Below are positions 27,858-38,287 of a DNA stretch of 64,000 nt, in pieces. The stretch comes from Ignavibacteriota bacterium (GTDB lineage Bacteria > Bacteroidota > Ignavibacteria > UBA10030): contig OY969585.1 of assembly GCA_963701295.1 (NCBI GenBank), positions 2,272,001-2,336,000 on the forward strand, in the 5' to 3' direction. Both the position numbers and the translations under genes were made by a program. Positions within the stretch are counted from its first letter, which is position 1. Each line of letters begins with the position of its first letter. Under the pieces are notes generated by a model. That model saw nothing but the letters and a program-made list of their open reading frames with translations. It was not told the DNA's origin and did no database searches.

Positions 27858-29759
27858 ATGGTTATGAAACAAAAATCAATGCTATACAAAATCTTTTTCC
27901 CATTAATAGGACTCGGTGCGCTCATTTGGTTTCTTATCCGCGTAATCCCAAAACCAAGCCGGGCGACATATCCTTGCATGCGAGTCGCATATCCAATGGC
28001 ATCTGCCTTTGTGGTCTATCTCATTGGTTTGTCTGCTTCAGCTTTCGCCGTTGGCAAAATAAAAGATCATTGGAAGAATTCGCGCTATTGGGCGATGTCC
28101 GGCTTTTTGATAATTGCGATTGTTGCCGGATTTTTTGCTTTTCAGGCAGATCAGCCTCCGGTTTATGCTAATTCGAATTTTATTGATACGGCCAATGCAC
28201 CAATCGGTACCGGAAAAGGTATTTTCCAAGGCCGCGTAGTTTGGGTTCACGATCCAGCCGCAGTCAATCAAGCTTGCACAAACTCTACCAATGATTACTG
28301 GTTGCTGGATAAAAATACTAATCAAACGGCGGTCAATAACATGGTATCAAATGCAATACGATCGTTAACCGGCAAAGGATCAGATGCAGAGTCCTGGGAT
28401 GCCATCTTCCGATATTATAATCAAACTCACAATAGAGGAAATGTCGGTTATACATCGGGGGAAAAAATTGTCATAAAGCTTAATTTTAATAATGGAGCCA
28501 CGGGAACTAGTTACACCAGAGCAGATTTGAGCGTGGTTGACTCATCTCCCCAAATCGCTTATGCAATTCTAAATCAACTTGTTAATGTCGCTGGTGTTGT
28601 ACAATCGGATATTAGTATCGGCGATCCGGGAAGAAATTTCGACGATTTATATTGGAACAAATGCCATCCTGATTTTCCAAATGTACATTATTGGGGTGCT
28701 GGTAATGGCCGAACACCAATCACAAAATCTGCCAATCCTGAATTGATGACTAGTGACGGCCAGTTACAAAATTATATACCCGCCTGTTACGTTGAAGCAA
28801 CCTATATGATTAGTATTCCCGTATTTAAGGAACATCACCGGGCAGGGATGTCTCTTTCAAGTAAAAATCATTTCGGATCACTCCTGCCTTTTTCCTCAAC
28901 CGGAGATGCTTTTCCTTTCCATTACAGCTTGCCATGTACACAGGGAGATGGAAACGTGGATAACGGCGGGTACGGGAAATATAGAATTTTTGTAGATTTC
29001 ATCGGCAGTAAATATCTTGGAGGCAAAACAATTCTGTATATGTTTGATGCATTATGGAGTTCGACAAATTATGGTGATCCGCCATGGAAATGGAAAATGG
29101 CACCATTTAATAATACATATCCAGCATCCATCTTTGCCTCGCAAGATCCAGTTGCTATAGAGTCTGTTGGTTATGATTTTCTACATGCGGAGTTTTATAG
29201 CGGTAATCCAAGCGGAAACGCTTTTCCACAATATTCAGGTGTTGATGATTTTTTACGTCAAGCAGCAGATTCCGTCAATTGGCCAAATGGCATCAAATAT
29301 AATCCGGAAGGTAATGGAGTGTATCTCCCCAGAAGCATGGGTGTGTATGAACATTGGAATAATGCAACAGATCAAAAGTATTCGCGTGACCTTGGTATCG
29401 GAACAGGCATTGAATTAGTAAAAATTCAAATTGTAACATCAGTCGATGGCTCACTATCCAAAACTCAGCCAACTGAATTCATTCTCGAGTCCAATTATCC
29501 AAATCCATTCAATCCGTCTACGACCATCAGGTATCATATTCCACAGGCTGCGCATGTGGATTTATCAATTTACAATGTCCAAGGTCAATGCATCCAAACA
29601 CTTGTTGATGCCTATCAAACAGGCGGTACGTACTTCGTTCAGTGGAATGGTCAGGTTAAAGGCGCAACAGCAGCAACTGGAGTCTATTTTGCAAGAATCA
29701 ATGCCGAGGGAAGTCAAGGTGTTCAATCGCAGGTTCAGAGGATGCTTCTACTAAAGTAA
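27858..29759 (+). CDS. DUF362-domain protein with T9SS sorting domain (paralog of 23743-25728)
   Basis: Same N-terminal WFLIRVIPKPSRATYPCMRVAYP, then GRVVWVHDPAAVNQ, PVFKEHHRAGMSLSSKNHFG, DPVAIESVGYDFL and NYPNPFNPST. Confidence 0.65.
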   Translation: MVMKQKSMLYKIFFPLIGLGALIWFLIRVIPKPSRATYPCMRVAYPMASAFVVYLIGLSASAFAVGKIKDHWKNSRYWAMSGFLIIAIVAGFFAFQADQPPVYANSNFIDTANAPIGTGKGIFQGRVVWVHDPAAVNQACTNSTNDYWLLDKNTNQTAVNNMVSNAIRSLTGKGSDAESWDAIFRYYNQTHNRGNVGYTSGEKIVIKLNFNNGATGTSYTRADLSVVDSSPQIAYAILNQLVNVAGVVQSDISIGDPGRNFDDLYWNKCHPDFPNVHYWGAGNGRTPITKSANPELMTSDGQLQNYIPACYVEATYMISIPVFKEHHRAGMSLSSKNHFGSLLPFSSTGDAFPFHYSLPCTQGDGNVDNGGYGKYRIFVDFIGSKYLGGKTILYMFDALWSSTNYGDPPWKWKMAPFNNTYPASIFASQDPVAIESVGYDFLHAEFYSGNPSGNAFPQYSGVDDFLRQAADSVNWPNGIKYNPEGNGVYLPRSMGVYEHWNNATDQKYSRDLGIGTGIELVKIQIVTSVDGSLSKTQPTEFILESNYPNPFNPSTTIRYHIPQAAHVDLSIYNVQGQCIQTLVDAYQTGGTYFVQWNGQVKGATAATGVYFARINAEGSQGVQSQVQRMLLLK

Positions 29760-30011
29760 TTCTTTTTGAAAACCATTATTAGTATAAGGTTTATTTAAAC
29801 GAATCTGAAATGGTTTTTTGTCGCATCAGTTTGACAGGTGTCTTAATATTTTTTATTCAAAGTTCTCTGGTGTGTACCAAGAAAAGTTCAGTGCAGGATA
29901 ATCTTGTAGTAGTTCCTGATATCTTGATAGCACATGTTGTTGACGGAAGGGGAGATAATGCTTGTTGGGAGCGTGTTTTATGAACATAAAGTAAGATTTG
30001 AACTTGGGTAA

Positions 30012-31934
30012 ATGAAAAATAAGAAAAAGAAAATAAAAGGAATTAATGCTGCACCCATGCTGACTCTATCTCCTCGGAAACGGAGAATATTCATGGGTAT
30101 AGCTTTTCTATTCCCATTCATATGTATCCTGTTTCTTGAAATGGGTCTTCGGTTTTTTCACTACGGTGGAAATCTTGATTTATTTATTGAAGGACCGGTC
30201 GGGTATGGAGAATATCTCCAATGTAATCCGAATGTTGCCCGCCGCTATTTCTCTTTGCAGGCGAATATACCGACACCTCCAAAACAATTATTTCTCAAGC
30301 GAAAGCCTTCAAATGGGTACAGAATATTCGTGTTAGGTGAATCCAGTGCTGCAGGTTTTCCTTATGGAAATAACGCTTCTTTTCCTAATGTTTTAGAACG
30401 GGGTCTCTCAAATGCGTTTCCTGAAAAGCGGATTGAAGTAATTAATGTTGCTATGGCTGCTATCAATAGCTATGCACTTTTGGACCTGGTTGACGAAGTC
30501 ATGAAACAATCACCCGATGCATTACTTATTTATACAGGTCATAATGAGTATTATGGTGCATTGGGTGTAGGATCGGTTCAATCTTTGGGCAATTCGCGAT
30601 GGCTTATTACTACGTATCTAAAGTTCCGATCAATAAAAACATTTTTACTCTTACGTGATTTTATTGGATGGACAAAAATTCAGTTTAGCAAAATATTTTA
30701 TAAAGGAAGTGAGATTGATCCTTCTGCAACACTCATGGAAAGAATAGTAGCAGAACAAACCATTCCGTATGGCAGTTCACTGTATGAGTTAGGAAAAAGA
30801 CAATTTGAAGAAAATTTGGATGCTATCATCCAAAAAGCTTCAGAAAATAATGTGCATGTGATACTAAGTGAATTGGTGAGCAATGTAAGAGATCAGGAAC
30901 CATTTATCTCGATAGAGGATAAAGAAGGACAATCGGCAAAATCATTTTATACACTAGCACGTCAGTTAGAAATAAAAGGTGATTATGAAAAAGCCGAACA
31001 AAAATATCTTTTGGCAAAAGACTTCGATGCGTTGCGCTTTCGCGCGCCAGAAGAGTTTAATTTAATTTTAAGGGAATTAGCGAAGAAATATTCCATTCCG
31101 GTTGTACCTACGATATCGTATTTTGAAAAAGAATCTCCGAATAAAATAATCGGAAGTTCTTTGATACTGGAACATGTACATCCAAACATAAAAGGCTATT
31201 TTCTTTTAGCAAAAGCATTTTATGAAACAATTCAAAACAATCGGATGATTAGCAATGAATGGCCATCGAATAGTATTGATCAAGAATGGAATCATGGATT
31301 AACCGAATTAGACAGTGTCTATAGTACGCTGGTAATCCAGCAATTAAAGGGTAGTTGGCCCTTTCAACCGAAATCCCTGCCAAATCGGTTTGTCAAAAAT
31401 TTTCAACCTTCTAATTATATCGAAGAAATTGTCTATCGTGTTATGCAAAGTGCAAATTATAGCTTAGAATCTGGTCATATGGAGTTAGGTGCATATTATG
31501 AAAAACACGGTAACTTGGATAAGGCATTTTTAGAATATAACGCCCTTATTACTTCAATTCCTCATGAAATGGAATTTTATCAGAAAGCAGCAACTGTCCT
31601 TCTGGAAGAAAAAGAGTATGATAGAGCTTCGCAATTGTTGCGCATATCATTAAAATATAAAGAGAACTATTTTGCAAATAAATGGATTGGGCAAGTGGCG
31701 TTGATGAAGAATGATTATAAAGAAGCTATTTCATTTTTATCAAAAGCAGATTTGTTAGATAATCAGGTTGTATTTAATTTAAGCCGCGCTTGCTATTCGA
31801 ATAACCAATGGAATCGTGGAGAAGAGTATTATCAGCGGTTACGAAATATGGCTCCACGATCTGAGTATGTAACCTATCTCGCGAAGTTACGTGTTTTGAT
31901 GCAGCTAAAAGAAAGTACAAAGAAGACAAATTAA
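30012..31934 (+). CDS. Membrane-anchored SGNH/GDSL-family protein with TPRs (paralog of 18805-21036)
   Basis: TM (FLEMGLRFF), RIFVLGESS, YTGHNEYYGALGV, EHVHPN, WPFQP and a TPR-like C-terminus. Confidence 0.75.
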   Translation: MKNKKKKIKGINAAPMLTLSPRKRRIFMGIAFLFPFICILFLEMGLRFFHYGGNLDLFIEGPVGYGEYLQCNPNVARRYFSLQANIPTPPKQLFLKRKPSNGYRIFVLGESSAAGFPYGNNASFPNVLERGLSNAFPEKRIEVINVAMAAINSYALLDLVDEVMKQSPDALLIYTGHNEYYGALGVGSVQSLGNSRWLITTYLKFRSIKTFLLLRDFIGWTKIQFSKIFYKGSEIDPSATLMERIVAEQTIPYGSSLYELGKRQFEENLDAIIQKASENNVHVILSELVSNVRDQEPFISIEDKEGQSAKSFYTLARQLEIKGDYEKAEQKYLLAKDFDALRFRAPEEFNLILRELAKKYSIPVVPTISYFEKESPNKIIGSSLILEHVHPNIKGYFLLAKAFYETIQNNRMISNEWPSNSIDQEWNHGLTELDSVYSTLVIQQLKGSWPFQPKSLPNRFVKNFQPSNYIEEIVYRVMQSANYSLESGHMELGAYYEKHGNLDKAFLEYNALITSIPHEMEFYQKAATVLLEEKEYDRASQLLRISLKYKENYFANKWIGQVALMKNDYKEAISFLSKADLLDNQVVFNLSRACYSNNQWNRGEEYYQRLRNMAPRSEYVTYLAKLRVLMQLKESTKKTN

Positions 31935-32020
31935 TCAATAGTGATAACTGGTTTTTTGAACGTAATAATATTTTCCATAGATATAGATAGAGTGCTATAT
32001 AAGAATTGAGAAATGTATAG

Positions 32021-33511
32021 ATGAAATTGCTGTTCTCGATGTATCGATTGGTATGTTTAAGGATAGATATATATTGCTCGTGTACTCAATGGAGCACATA
32101 CAACTTATTCAAGGTGAAAAGCGTGAAACAGTATCGTTCGTATAGCCCTTGCGTTCTCTTATTCTGTCTGCTAAGTCTTCAGATGCTATCGCAGACTATG
32201 CCTGCTAGACAGAATCGGTTTGTCCTTAATACCGATTATAGCCGGTTTTGGCAAAACGATTCTACAATGTATGTGGAAATATCAACCGCAATCTATCCGA
32301 GTCTTACTATTCTCAAGCAAGACTCCTTGGGATATCATGGGAAAATCGATTTGATTATTTTAATTCAGGATACATCAAAAAAAGTGTTTGTTCACACCGA
32401 TCGATTTAACATTCCAATTAATCTTGTCGATTCTACTTCTCTTGCTAGAACAAAATCAATGGTCAATAATACGACATATGCTTTAGGATGTGGCTCATAT
32501 AAAGTTTCTGTATATGGTATTGATGTTTCCAATCGATTACGACGAGATAGTTCATTGTTTGTGGTCGATGTCATAAGGAGACATGACACGATTGCTCTTA
32601 GTGATATCGAATTATGCTCAAGCATCACCGAATCTTCAGATCAAAAAGATATCTTCTATAAAAATTCATATCGAGTTATCCCTAATCCCAATTGTGTTTA
32701 TGGCTCAACGACTTATCCTCTTGTGTTTACGTATATGGAATTTTATAATCTAAAAATGGGAATGACGTATGCAGTCAAAGCGCAAATTGTGGATTCAAAA
32801 GGTGTTGTTAAAAAACAACGTACTCATTTGCGTCGATTTTCAATGCCCAACGTGGTGGATGTAACAACGCTGAATGTTACTTCGATTAGTTCCGGAAAAT
32901 TCGACTATGAAATTATCCTTTCCGATACACTTGGCAACGAGATTGCCAAATTACAACGGCCGATATTTCTCTACAATCCCAATGTCCAATCGACGCAGGC
33001 AACAGTTCTTTCAGAAGGAAGCGCTGTGTATGCTGGATTTTCTTTTGATGAGCTTGCTGAAGAGTTTCGAGTCGCAAAATATGTAAAACGATCTGAGGAT
33101 GACGATGCATTCGATAAATTAACGACAGTAGAAGCACGTCAGGAGTTTTTACAAATATTTTGGACAAGGGTTGAGAGGGAAGAACTCGGACGTTTAAATC
33201 TTACAAGATCAGTCTATCTCCAAAGAGTGCAGACGGCCAATCAACGCTATAAGACATTCGCTAAGGAAGGGTGGCGCACAGATCAAGGTCGTGTACTTAT
33301 CCTTTATGGCGAACCCGATGATATACAAAGATTTGCGAACTCGTCAGATAACAAACCGTATGAAACCTGGAATTATCATCAAATAGACGGCGGTGTTGAG
33401 TTCGACTTTATTGATCTTACAGGATTTAATGATTATAGCCTTGTTAATTCTACGAAACGTGATGAAATAAAGGATGATTCATGGGAACAATTATTAAAAC
33501 GCAACAACTGA
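32021..33511 (+). CDS. GWxTD domain-containing protein (true start probably a downstream GTG near 32113-32123)
   Basis: FLQIFW...YLQRVQTAN..Y....EGWRTDQGRVLILYGEPD...PYETWNY. A signal-peptide-like stretch begins about 35 aa into the ORF. Confidence 0.8.
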   Translation: MKLLFSMYRLVCLRIDIYCSCTQWSTYNLFKVKSVKQYRSYSPCVLLFCLLSLQMLSQTMPARQNRFVLNTDYSRFWQNDSTMYVEISTAIYPSLTILKQDSLGYHGKIDLIILIQDTSKKVFVHTDRFNIPINLVDSTSLARTKSMVNNTTYALGCGSYKVSVYGIDVSNRLRRDSSLFVVDVIRRHDTIALSDIELCSSITESSDQKDIFYKNSYRVIPNPNCVYGSTTYPLVFTYMEFYNLKMGMTYAVKAQIVDSKGVVKKQRTHLRRFSMPNVVDVTTLNVTSISSGKFDYEIILSDTLGNEIAKLQRPIFLYNPNVQSTQATVLSEGSAVYAGFSFDELAEEFRVAKYVKRSEDDDAFDKLTTVEARQEFLQIFWTRVEREELGRLNLTRSVYLQRVQTANQRYKTFAKEGWRTDQGRVLILYGEPDDIQRFANSSDNKPYETWNYHQIDGGVEFDFIDLTGFNDYSLVNSTKRDEIKDDSWEQLLKRNN

Positions 33512-33697
33512 TAAGGTAATTCACGACAGCAAATTATTTTGAAGAAGGAAGATTGGCTATGAATGTCCTGGTTGCTTACCTCTTCGTTTGATTGAATTAC
33601 TTGTTGTTTCACGGATGAACAGAGAAAGAAGTTGAATTATGGTAATCATCGCATTTAACGATTCGATCAGTTTCTTAGGTGCTATAGAGATTTGTAT

Positions 33698-36139
33698 ATG
33701 AAAAAGACTCACTTCACTTTAATAGCGTTCCTGTTTTTCTCTTTTGTTCCATTACTATCAGCTCAACCATTTCCTTATCAAAACTCCGCCTTATCAGTTG
33801 ATCAACGGGTAACCGATTTGTTAGGTCGAATGACGCTCGATGAAAAAATCGAGCAAATGATGCAAGTCGATTTGTCTGTGGTTCATGATCCATCCATTCT
33901 CGTGACGAATAATTTCGGTTCTGTAATCAGTGGAGGAGGTGAAAGTCTAACTACGGATAAGAGTTCACTAGGTTGGGCAAATATGTACGACACGTTGCAA
34001 TCGTATGCATTGAAAACACGGCTAAAAATTCCGATTATCTATGGTATGGATGCTGTTCATGGAAATAACAATGTTTATGGTGCTACGATTTTTCCGCACA
34101 ACATTGGAATGGGGTGCACAAGAGATCCTGAGCTAGCAAGAGAAGCAGCAAGAATAACCGCAAGGGAAGTAGCAGCAACAGGCATAGATTGGACATTCGG
34201 TCCGTGCATAGCTGTTCCACGAGATGAACGTTGGGGAAGGACGTACGAGGGATTTGGAGAAACGCCGGAATTAGCTCAACTTTTTGGCTCATCTGAAATA
34301 CGAGGATTTCAAGGAGATTCATTATCCGACCCGACAAGTATTTTGGCTTGTGCAAAACATTACCTTGGAGATGGGGGGACCACTGGTGGAATAGATCAAG
34401 GAGATACCCAAGGAGATACTGCAACCATAAGAAAACTTTTTTTGCCGGGATATATTTCAGCCGTCGATTCAGGTGTGGGGAGTATCATGGTATCTTTTAG
34501 CAGCATCAACGGACAAAAAATGAGTAGTAGTAAGTATTGGATTACCGATGTTTTAAAAAATGAATTGGGATTCAAAGGATTTGTCGTGTCAGATTGGGGT
34601 GCTATCGATCAGATAACAAACAATTATACTGATTGCGTTGAACAATCGATCAATGCAGGAATCGATATGGTAATGCTGCCTTTTGAATATGTTGATTTTC
34701 ATAATTCCATGGATAGTCTTATCAGCCAAGGCAAAATCGATACCGCCCGTGTTGATGATGCAGTGAGAAGGATTCTGACCATCAAATTTAAGCTCGAATT
34801 ATTTGAAAGGCCATTTACTGACAGAACATTGATTGATTCCGTTGGCAGCGCCGGACATCGTGCAGTTGCCCGGCAATGTGTACGAGAATCGATGGTACTG
34901 CTGAAGAAGAAAGATGGTATTTTACCATTAAGAAAAACAAATGCAAGGATCTTGGTTGCTGGTTCCAATGCGAATGATCTCGGGAATCAGTGTGGCGGTT
35001 GGACAATTACATGGCAGGGATGGAGTGGCACTCACACCATCGGAACGACAATCTTGCAAGGAATGAAAAACACAGCCCCGAGTGATTCGATTGAATATTC
35101 TAAAACTGGGACTTTCACAGATACTTCAGCCGATTATTCTATTGTTGTGATTGGTGAAACACCGTATGCAGAATATTGGGGAGACAGGACAGACCTGAGT
35201 GTCTCCGCAACCGATGTGAATTTAGTGAAAAAGATGAAAGGCTATGGTGCGCCTGTTGTCGTTATCCTTGTTTCAGGCAGACCTCTTATTCTCGAAAAAA
35301 TATTACACTTTTCCGATGTCATCATTGCTGCTTGGCTGCCCGGAACGGAGGGTGATGGTGTAGCCGATGTTTTATTTGGCGATTATCAGCCGAAGGGGCG
35401 ATTGTCACATACGTGGCCTAAGAGTATGTCACAAATCCCGATTAATTTTGGCGATAATAATTATTTTCCATTATATGAATATGGATTTGGAATTGATACT
35501 TTAGCAGACTCTCCGATAGGATCGTCGCCTGTGTGTTTATCGGCTATCATAACCCCGGATGCAAAACATTTCGAGCTGACATTTAATAAGCGGATGAAAA
35601 ATCCGTCTTCAGCACAGGCAATCTTTGTTCTTACACGAGACCACCTTTCTCTTGTAACTGCGACCACTCTATCATTGAAACAAAACGACAGCACAACGAT
35701 TATTGTAGAGTTAGTCGCAGCATATTATACCGGTAGCGACACTGGCACAATATCATATAGCTCTGGAACTATAGGATCTGTCGATGGAGGTTCCCTCCAA
35801 CCGTTCGCTCCGATGGATGCCTATAATTGGAGCGTCTCGTCAACGGCAGTCAAAAAAGATAAAAACTTGATTCCGCTCGTCGATCAACTATATCAGAACT
35901 ATCCTAATCCATTCAATCCGACGACCGTTATTACATATCAACTATTAACTCATGGTTATGCAACACTCAAGGTGTACGATGTGCTTGGAAGAGAGGTAGT
36001 AACATTGGTAGACGGAGAAATTTCTGCTGGCGTCCATGCTGTCACATGGGATGCATCGCGTCTGTCAAGCAGTGTGTTTTTCTATCGACTGAAGGCAGGA
36101 AATTTTGTCGATGTTAAAAAAATGATACTGATGAAATAG
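33698..36139 (+). CDS. Secreted GH3 beta-glucosidase / exo-beta-glucanase with T9SS sorting domain
   Basis: Signal peptide. RV.DLL.RMTLDEKI, DAVHG, PRDERWGRTYEGF, AKHY, nucleophile VVSDW, GETPYAE, AWLPG.EG and C-terminal NYPNPFNPTT. Confidence 0.92.
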   Translation: MKKTHFTLIAFLFFSFVPLLSAQPFPYQNSALSVDQRVTDLLGRMTLDEKIEQMMQVDLSVVHDPSILVTNNFGSVISGGGESLTTDKSSLGWANMYDTLQSYALKTRLKIPIIYGMDAVHGNNNVYGATIFPHNIGMGCTRDPELAREAARITAREVAATGIDWTFGPCIAVPRDERWGRTYEGFGETPELAQLFGSSEIRGFQGDSLSDPTSILACAKHYLGDGGTTGGIDQGDTQGDTATIRKLFLPGYISAVDSGVGSIMVSFSSINGQKMSSSKYWITDVLKNELGFKGFVVSDWGAIDQITNNYTDCVEQSINAGIDMVMLPFEYVDFHNSMDSLISQGKIDTARVDDAVRRILTIKFKLELFERPFTDRTLIDSVGSAGHRAVARQCVRESMVLLKKKDGILPLRKTNARILVAGSNANDLGNQCGGWTITWQGWSGTHTIGTTILQGMKNTAPSDSIEYSKTGTFTDTSADYSIVVIGETPYAEYWGDRTDLSVSATDVNLVKKMKGYGAPVVVILVSGRPLILEKILHFSDVIIAAWLPGTEGDGVADVLFGDYQPKGRLSHTWPKSMSQIPINFGDNNYFPLYEYGFGIDTLADSPIGSSPVCLSAIITPDAKHFELTFNKRMKNPSSAQAIFVLTRDHLSLVTATTLSLKQNDSTTIIVELVAAYYTGSDTGTISYSSGTIGSVDGGSLQPFAPMDAYNWSVSSTAVKKDKNLIPLVDQLYQNYPNPFNPTTVITYQLLTHGYATLKVYDVLGREVVTLVDGEISAGVHAVTWDASRLSSSVFFYRLKAGNFVDVKKMILMK

Positions 36140-36284
36140 TATCAAATGGACATTGAGTGTATTTAATTTAGGAATTGTCTTAAGATGTCTCTGTATTATA
36201 AGAATTTAGTAAACGCACTATCTATGAACGACAACGGTTTGTTGTATACAAACGTTCTGGAATAGTTAAGAAAATGGAGATGAG

Positions 36285-36527
36285 ATGAAAAGCTTCTTTC
36301 GTGCAATCAAACGAATGTGGTTATTATTTGCACAAATGTTTAGTAAGGTCAATACGATTTTATTACTTTCTCTTGTTTATTTCGTTGTCATTGGGTTTAT
36401 GTCGCTTCTTGTGAAACTTCTCCGAAAAGATCTTTTACGGAAGAAAATGGATTATGATCAAGCATCGTACTGGCAAACCAGAAAAACAAGTGAACAGACT
36501 CTCGACCGCCACAAGTTTCAATTCTAA
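36285..36527 (+). CDS. SxtJ-family small membrane protein
   Basis: W..FA......NT.LLLSLVYF...G.....K...KDLL.....SYW..R.....QF pattern. Directly upstream of a carbamoyltransferase. Confidence 0.72.
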   Translation: MKSFFRAIKRMWLLFAQMFSKVNTILLLSLVYFVVIGFMSLLVKLLRKDLLRKKMDYDQASYWQTRKTSEQTLDRHKFQF

Positions 36528-36538
36528 TCTGGCATACT

Positions 36539-38278
36539 ATGAATATTCTCGGCATATCCTGTTTCTATCATGATTCTGCAGCTGCACTTATTACAAATGG
36601 CCTTCTGGTAGCCGCTGCCCAAGAAGAACGTTTTACAAGAATAAAACACGATCAAGATTTCCCGACAAACGCAATTCACTATTGCATGCAAGAAGGAGGC
36701 ATACAAGCACAGGATCTAGATTATATTGGATTCTATGATAAGCCGCTTTCGAAGTTTGAACGATTACTAACGACGTATGTTGCAACTTTTCCGAAAGGCT
36801 TACCTTCTTTTCTAAAAGCGATGCCGATTTGGTTGAAGGAAAAACTATGGATTCCACAGAAGATTAGAGAGGAACTTGGTGATGCTGCAAAACTTTTGTT
36901 CATAGAACATCATCTCTCTCATGCTGCGAGTGCTTTTTTTGTCTCCCCTTTCACTGAAGCGGCGATTCTCACCGCTGATGGAGTAGGTGAGTGGGAAACG
37001 ACAACCATGGGCATGGGAAATGATAGAACTCTGAACCTAACGAAGAGTATTCATTTTCCTCATTCGCTCGGGCTCTTGTATTCAGCGTTTACATACTATC
37101 TTGGATTTCGAGTCAATAGTGCTGAATACAAAGTCATGGGACTGGCACCGTATGGAAAACCGGTGTTTGCTGACCTTATTTTGCGGGAACTTGTATCCCT
37201 TAAAGATGATGGAAGCTTTCGTTTGAACATGAAATACTTCGCGTATGATTATGGTCTGACCATGACCAACAAATATTTCCATGCCCTTTTCGGTGTTCCG
37301 CCACGAACTCCAGAATCTACATTAACTCAATTCCATAAGGATGTTGCTGCCTCTATTCAGTATGTAACAGATGAAATAATGCTGCGCATAACAACGGATC
37401 TTCACAAAAAAACCGGGAGTGATAATTTATGCCTTGCCGGAGGCGTCGCTCTCAATTGTGTTTCCAACAGTAAAGTACTTGCTTCGTCAGGGTTTAAAAA
37501 AATGTTTATACAGCCTGCAGCAGGAGATGCCGGCGGATCGGTCGGAGCTGCGTTTTATATTTATAATATGTTGTTAAAGAATGAGCGCACATACACGTGG
37601 AGTCATAATTTCCTCGGGCCGGAATATTCTAATAAAACTATTGAGCAAGTATTAAACCAGTTGAACATTGAAGGGGAGCGATTTAGCAACGATACTCTTT
37701 TAAAAAGAACCGCTCAATTGATATCCGATCAACAAGTTGTCGGATGGTTTCAGGGTCGTATGGAATTTGGGCCACGCTCGTTAGGTGCACGCAGTATTTT
37801 AGCTGATCCACGGAATCCGGATAATTATTCACGCGTAAATTTAAAAATAAAGTTTCGAGAGAGTTTCCGTCCGTTTGCGCCGACAGTTGTATTGGAACGA
37901 ATGAAAGACTATTTCGAATTTGATCAACCCAGTCCTTATATGTTGTTTGTTGCACAAGTGAGACTTGATCGGAGAACAATTCCAGCAGTGACGCATGTCG
38001 ATGGTTCTGCACGCCTCCAGACCATTGTTCGTGAAGATCATGCGTTATTCTATGATTTGATCCTCGAATTCGAAAAGCTTACGGGTTGCCCTGTGATCAT
38101 TAATACTTCCTTTAATGTCCGAGGTGAACCTATAGTCTGCGCACCGTTCGATGCAATCAAATGTTTTTTAAGAACGGACATGGATTATCTTATCCTCGGC
38201 AACTTTATATTAGATAAGCGGAAAATCAAAGAATCAGGGTATCAGATGCAAATAAGCGAAAAATTTGCGCTTGATTAA
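36539..38278 (+). CDS. O-carbamoyltransferase (NodU/CmcH/SxtI family)
   Basis: ILGISCFYHDSAAAL, QEERFTRIKH, EHHLSHAASAF, DGVGE, EYKVMGLAPYG, AGGVALN, GRMEFGPRSLG.RS, KFRESFRPFAP, THVDGSAR and NTSFN. Confidence 0.93.
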   Translation: MNILGISCFYHDSAAALITNGLLVAAAQEERFTRIKHDQDFPTNAIHYCMQEGGIQAQDLDYIGFYDKPLSKFERLLTTYVATFPKGLPSFLKAMPIWLKEKLWIPQKIREELGDAAKLLFIEHHLSHAASAFFVSPFTEAAILTADGVGEWETTTMGMGNDRTLNLTKSIHFPHSLGLLYSAFTYYLGFRVNSAEYKVMGLAPYGKPVFADLILRELVSLKDDGSFRLNMKYFAYDYGLTMTNKYFHALFGVPPRTPESTLTQFHKDVAASIQYVTDEIMLRITTDLHKKTGSDNLCLAGGVALNCVSNSKVLASSGFKKMFIQPAAGDAGGSVGAAFYIYNMLLKNERTYTWSHNFLGPEYSNKTIEQVLNQLNIEGERFSNDTLLKRTAQLISDQQVVGWFQGRMEFGPRSLGARSILADPRNPDNYSRVNLKIKFRESFRPFAPTVVLERMKDYFEFDQPSPYMLFVAQVRLDRRTIPAVTHVDGSARLQTIVREDHALFYDLILEFEKLTGCPVIINTSFNVRGEPIVCAPFDAIKCFLRTDMDYLILGNFILDKRKIKESGYQMQISEKFALD

Positions 38279-38287
38279 TATCTATTC

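Noticed and set aside
36243-36251. TTGTATACAA palindrome region (GntR/FadR-like operator) upstream of the sxtJ-like gene
   Set aside because: Short AT-rich palindrome, single copy, and no GntR gene in the window. It could be chance.
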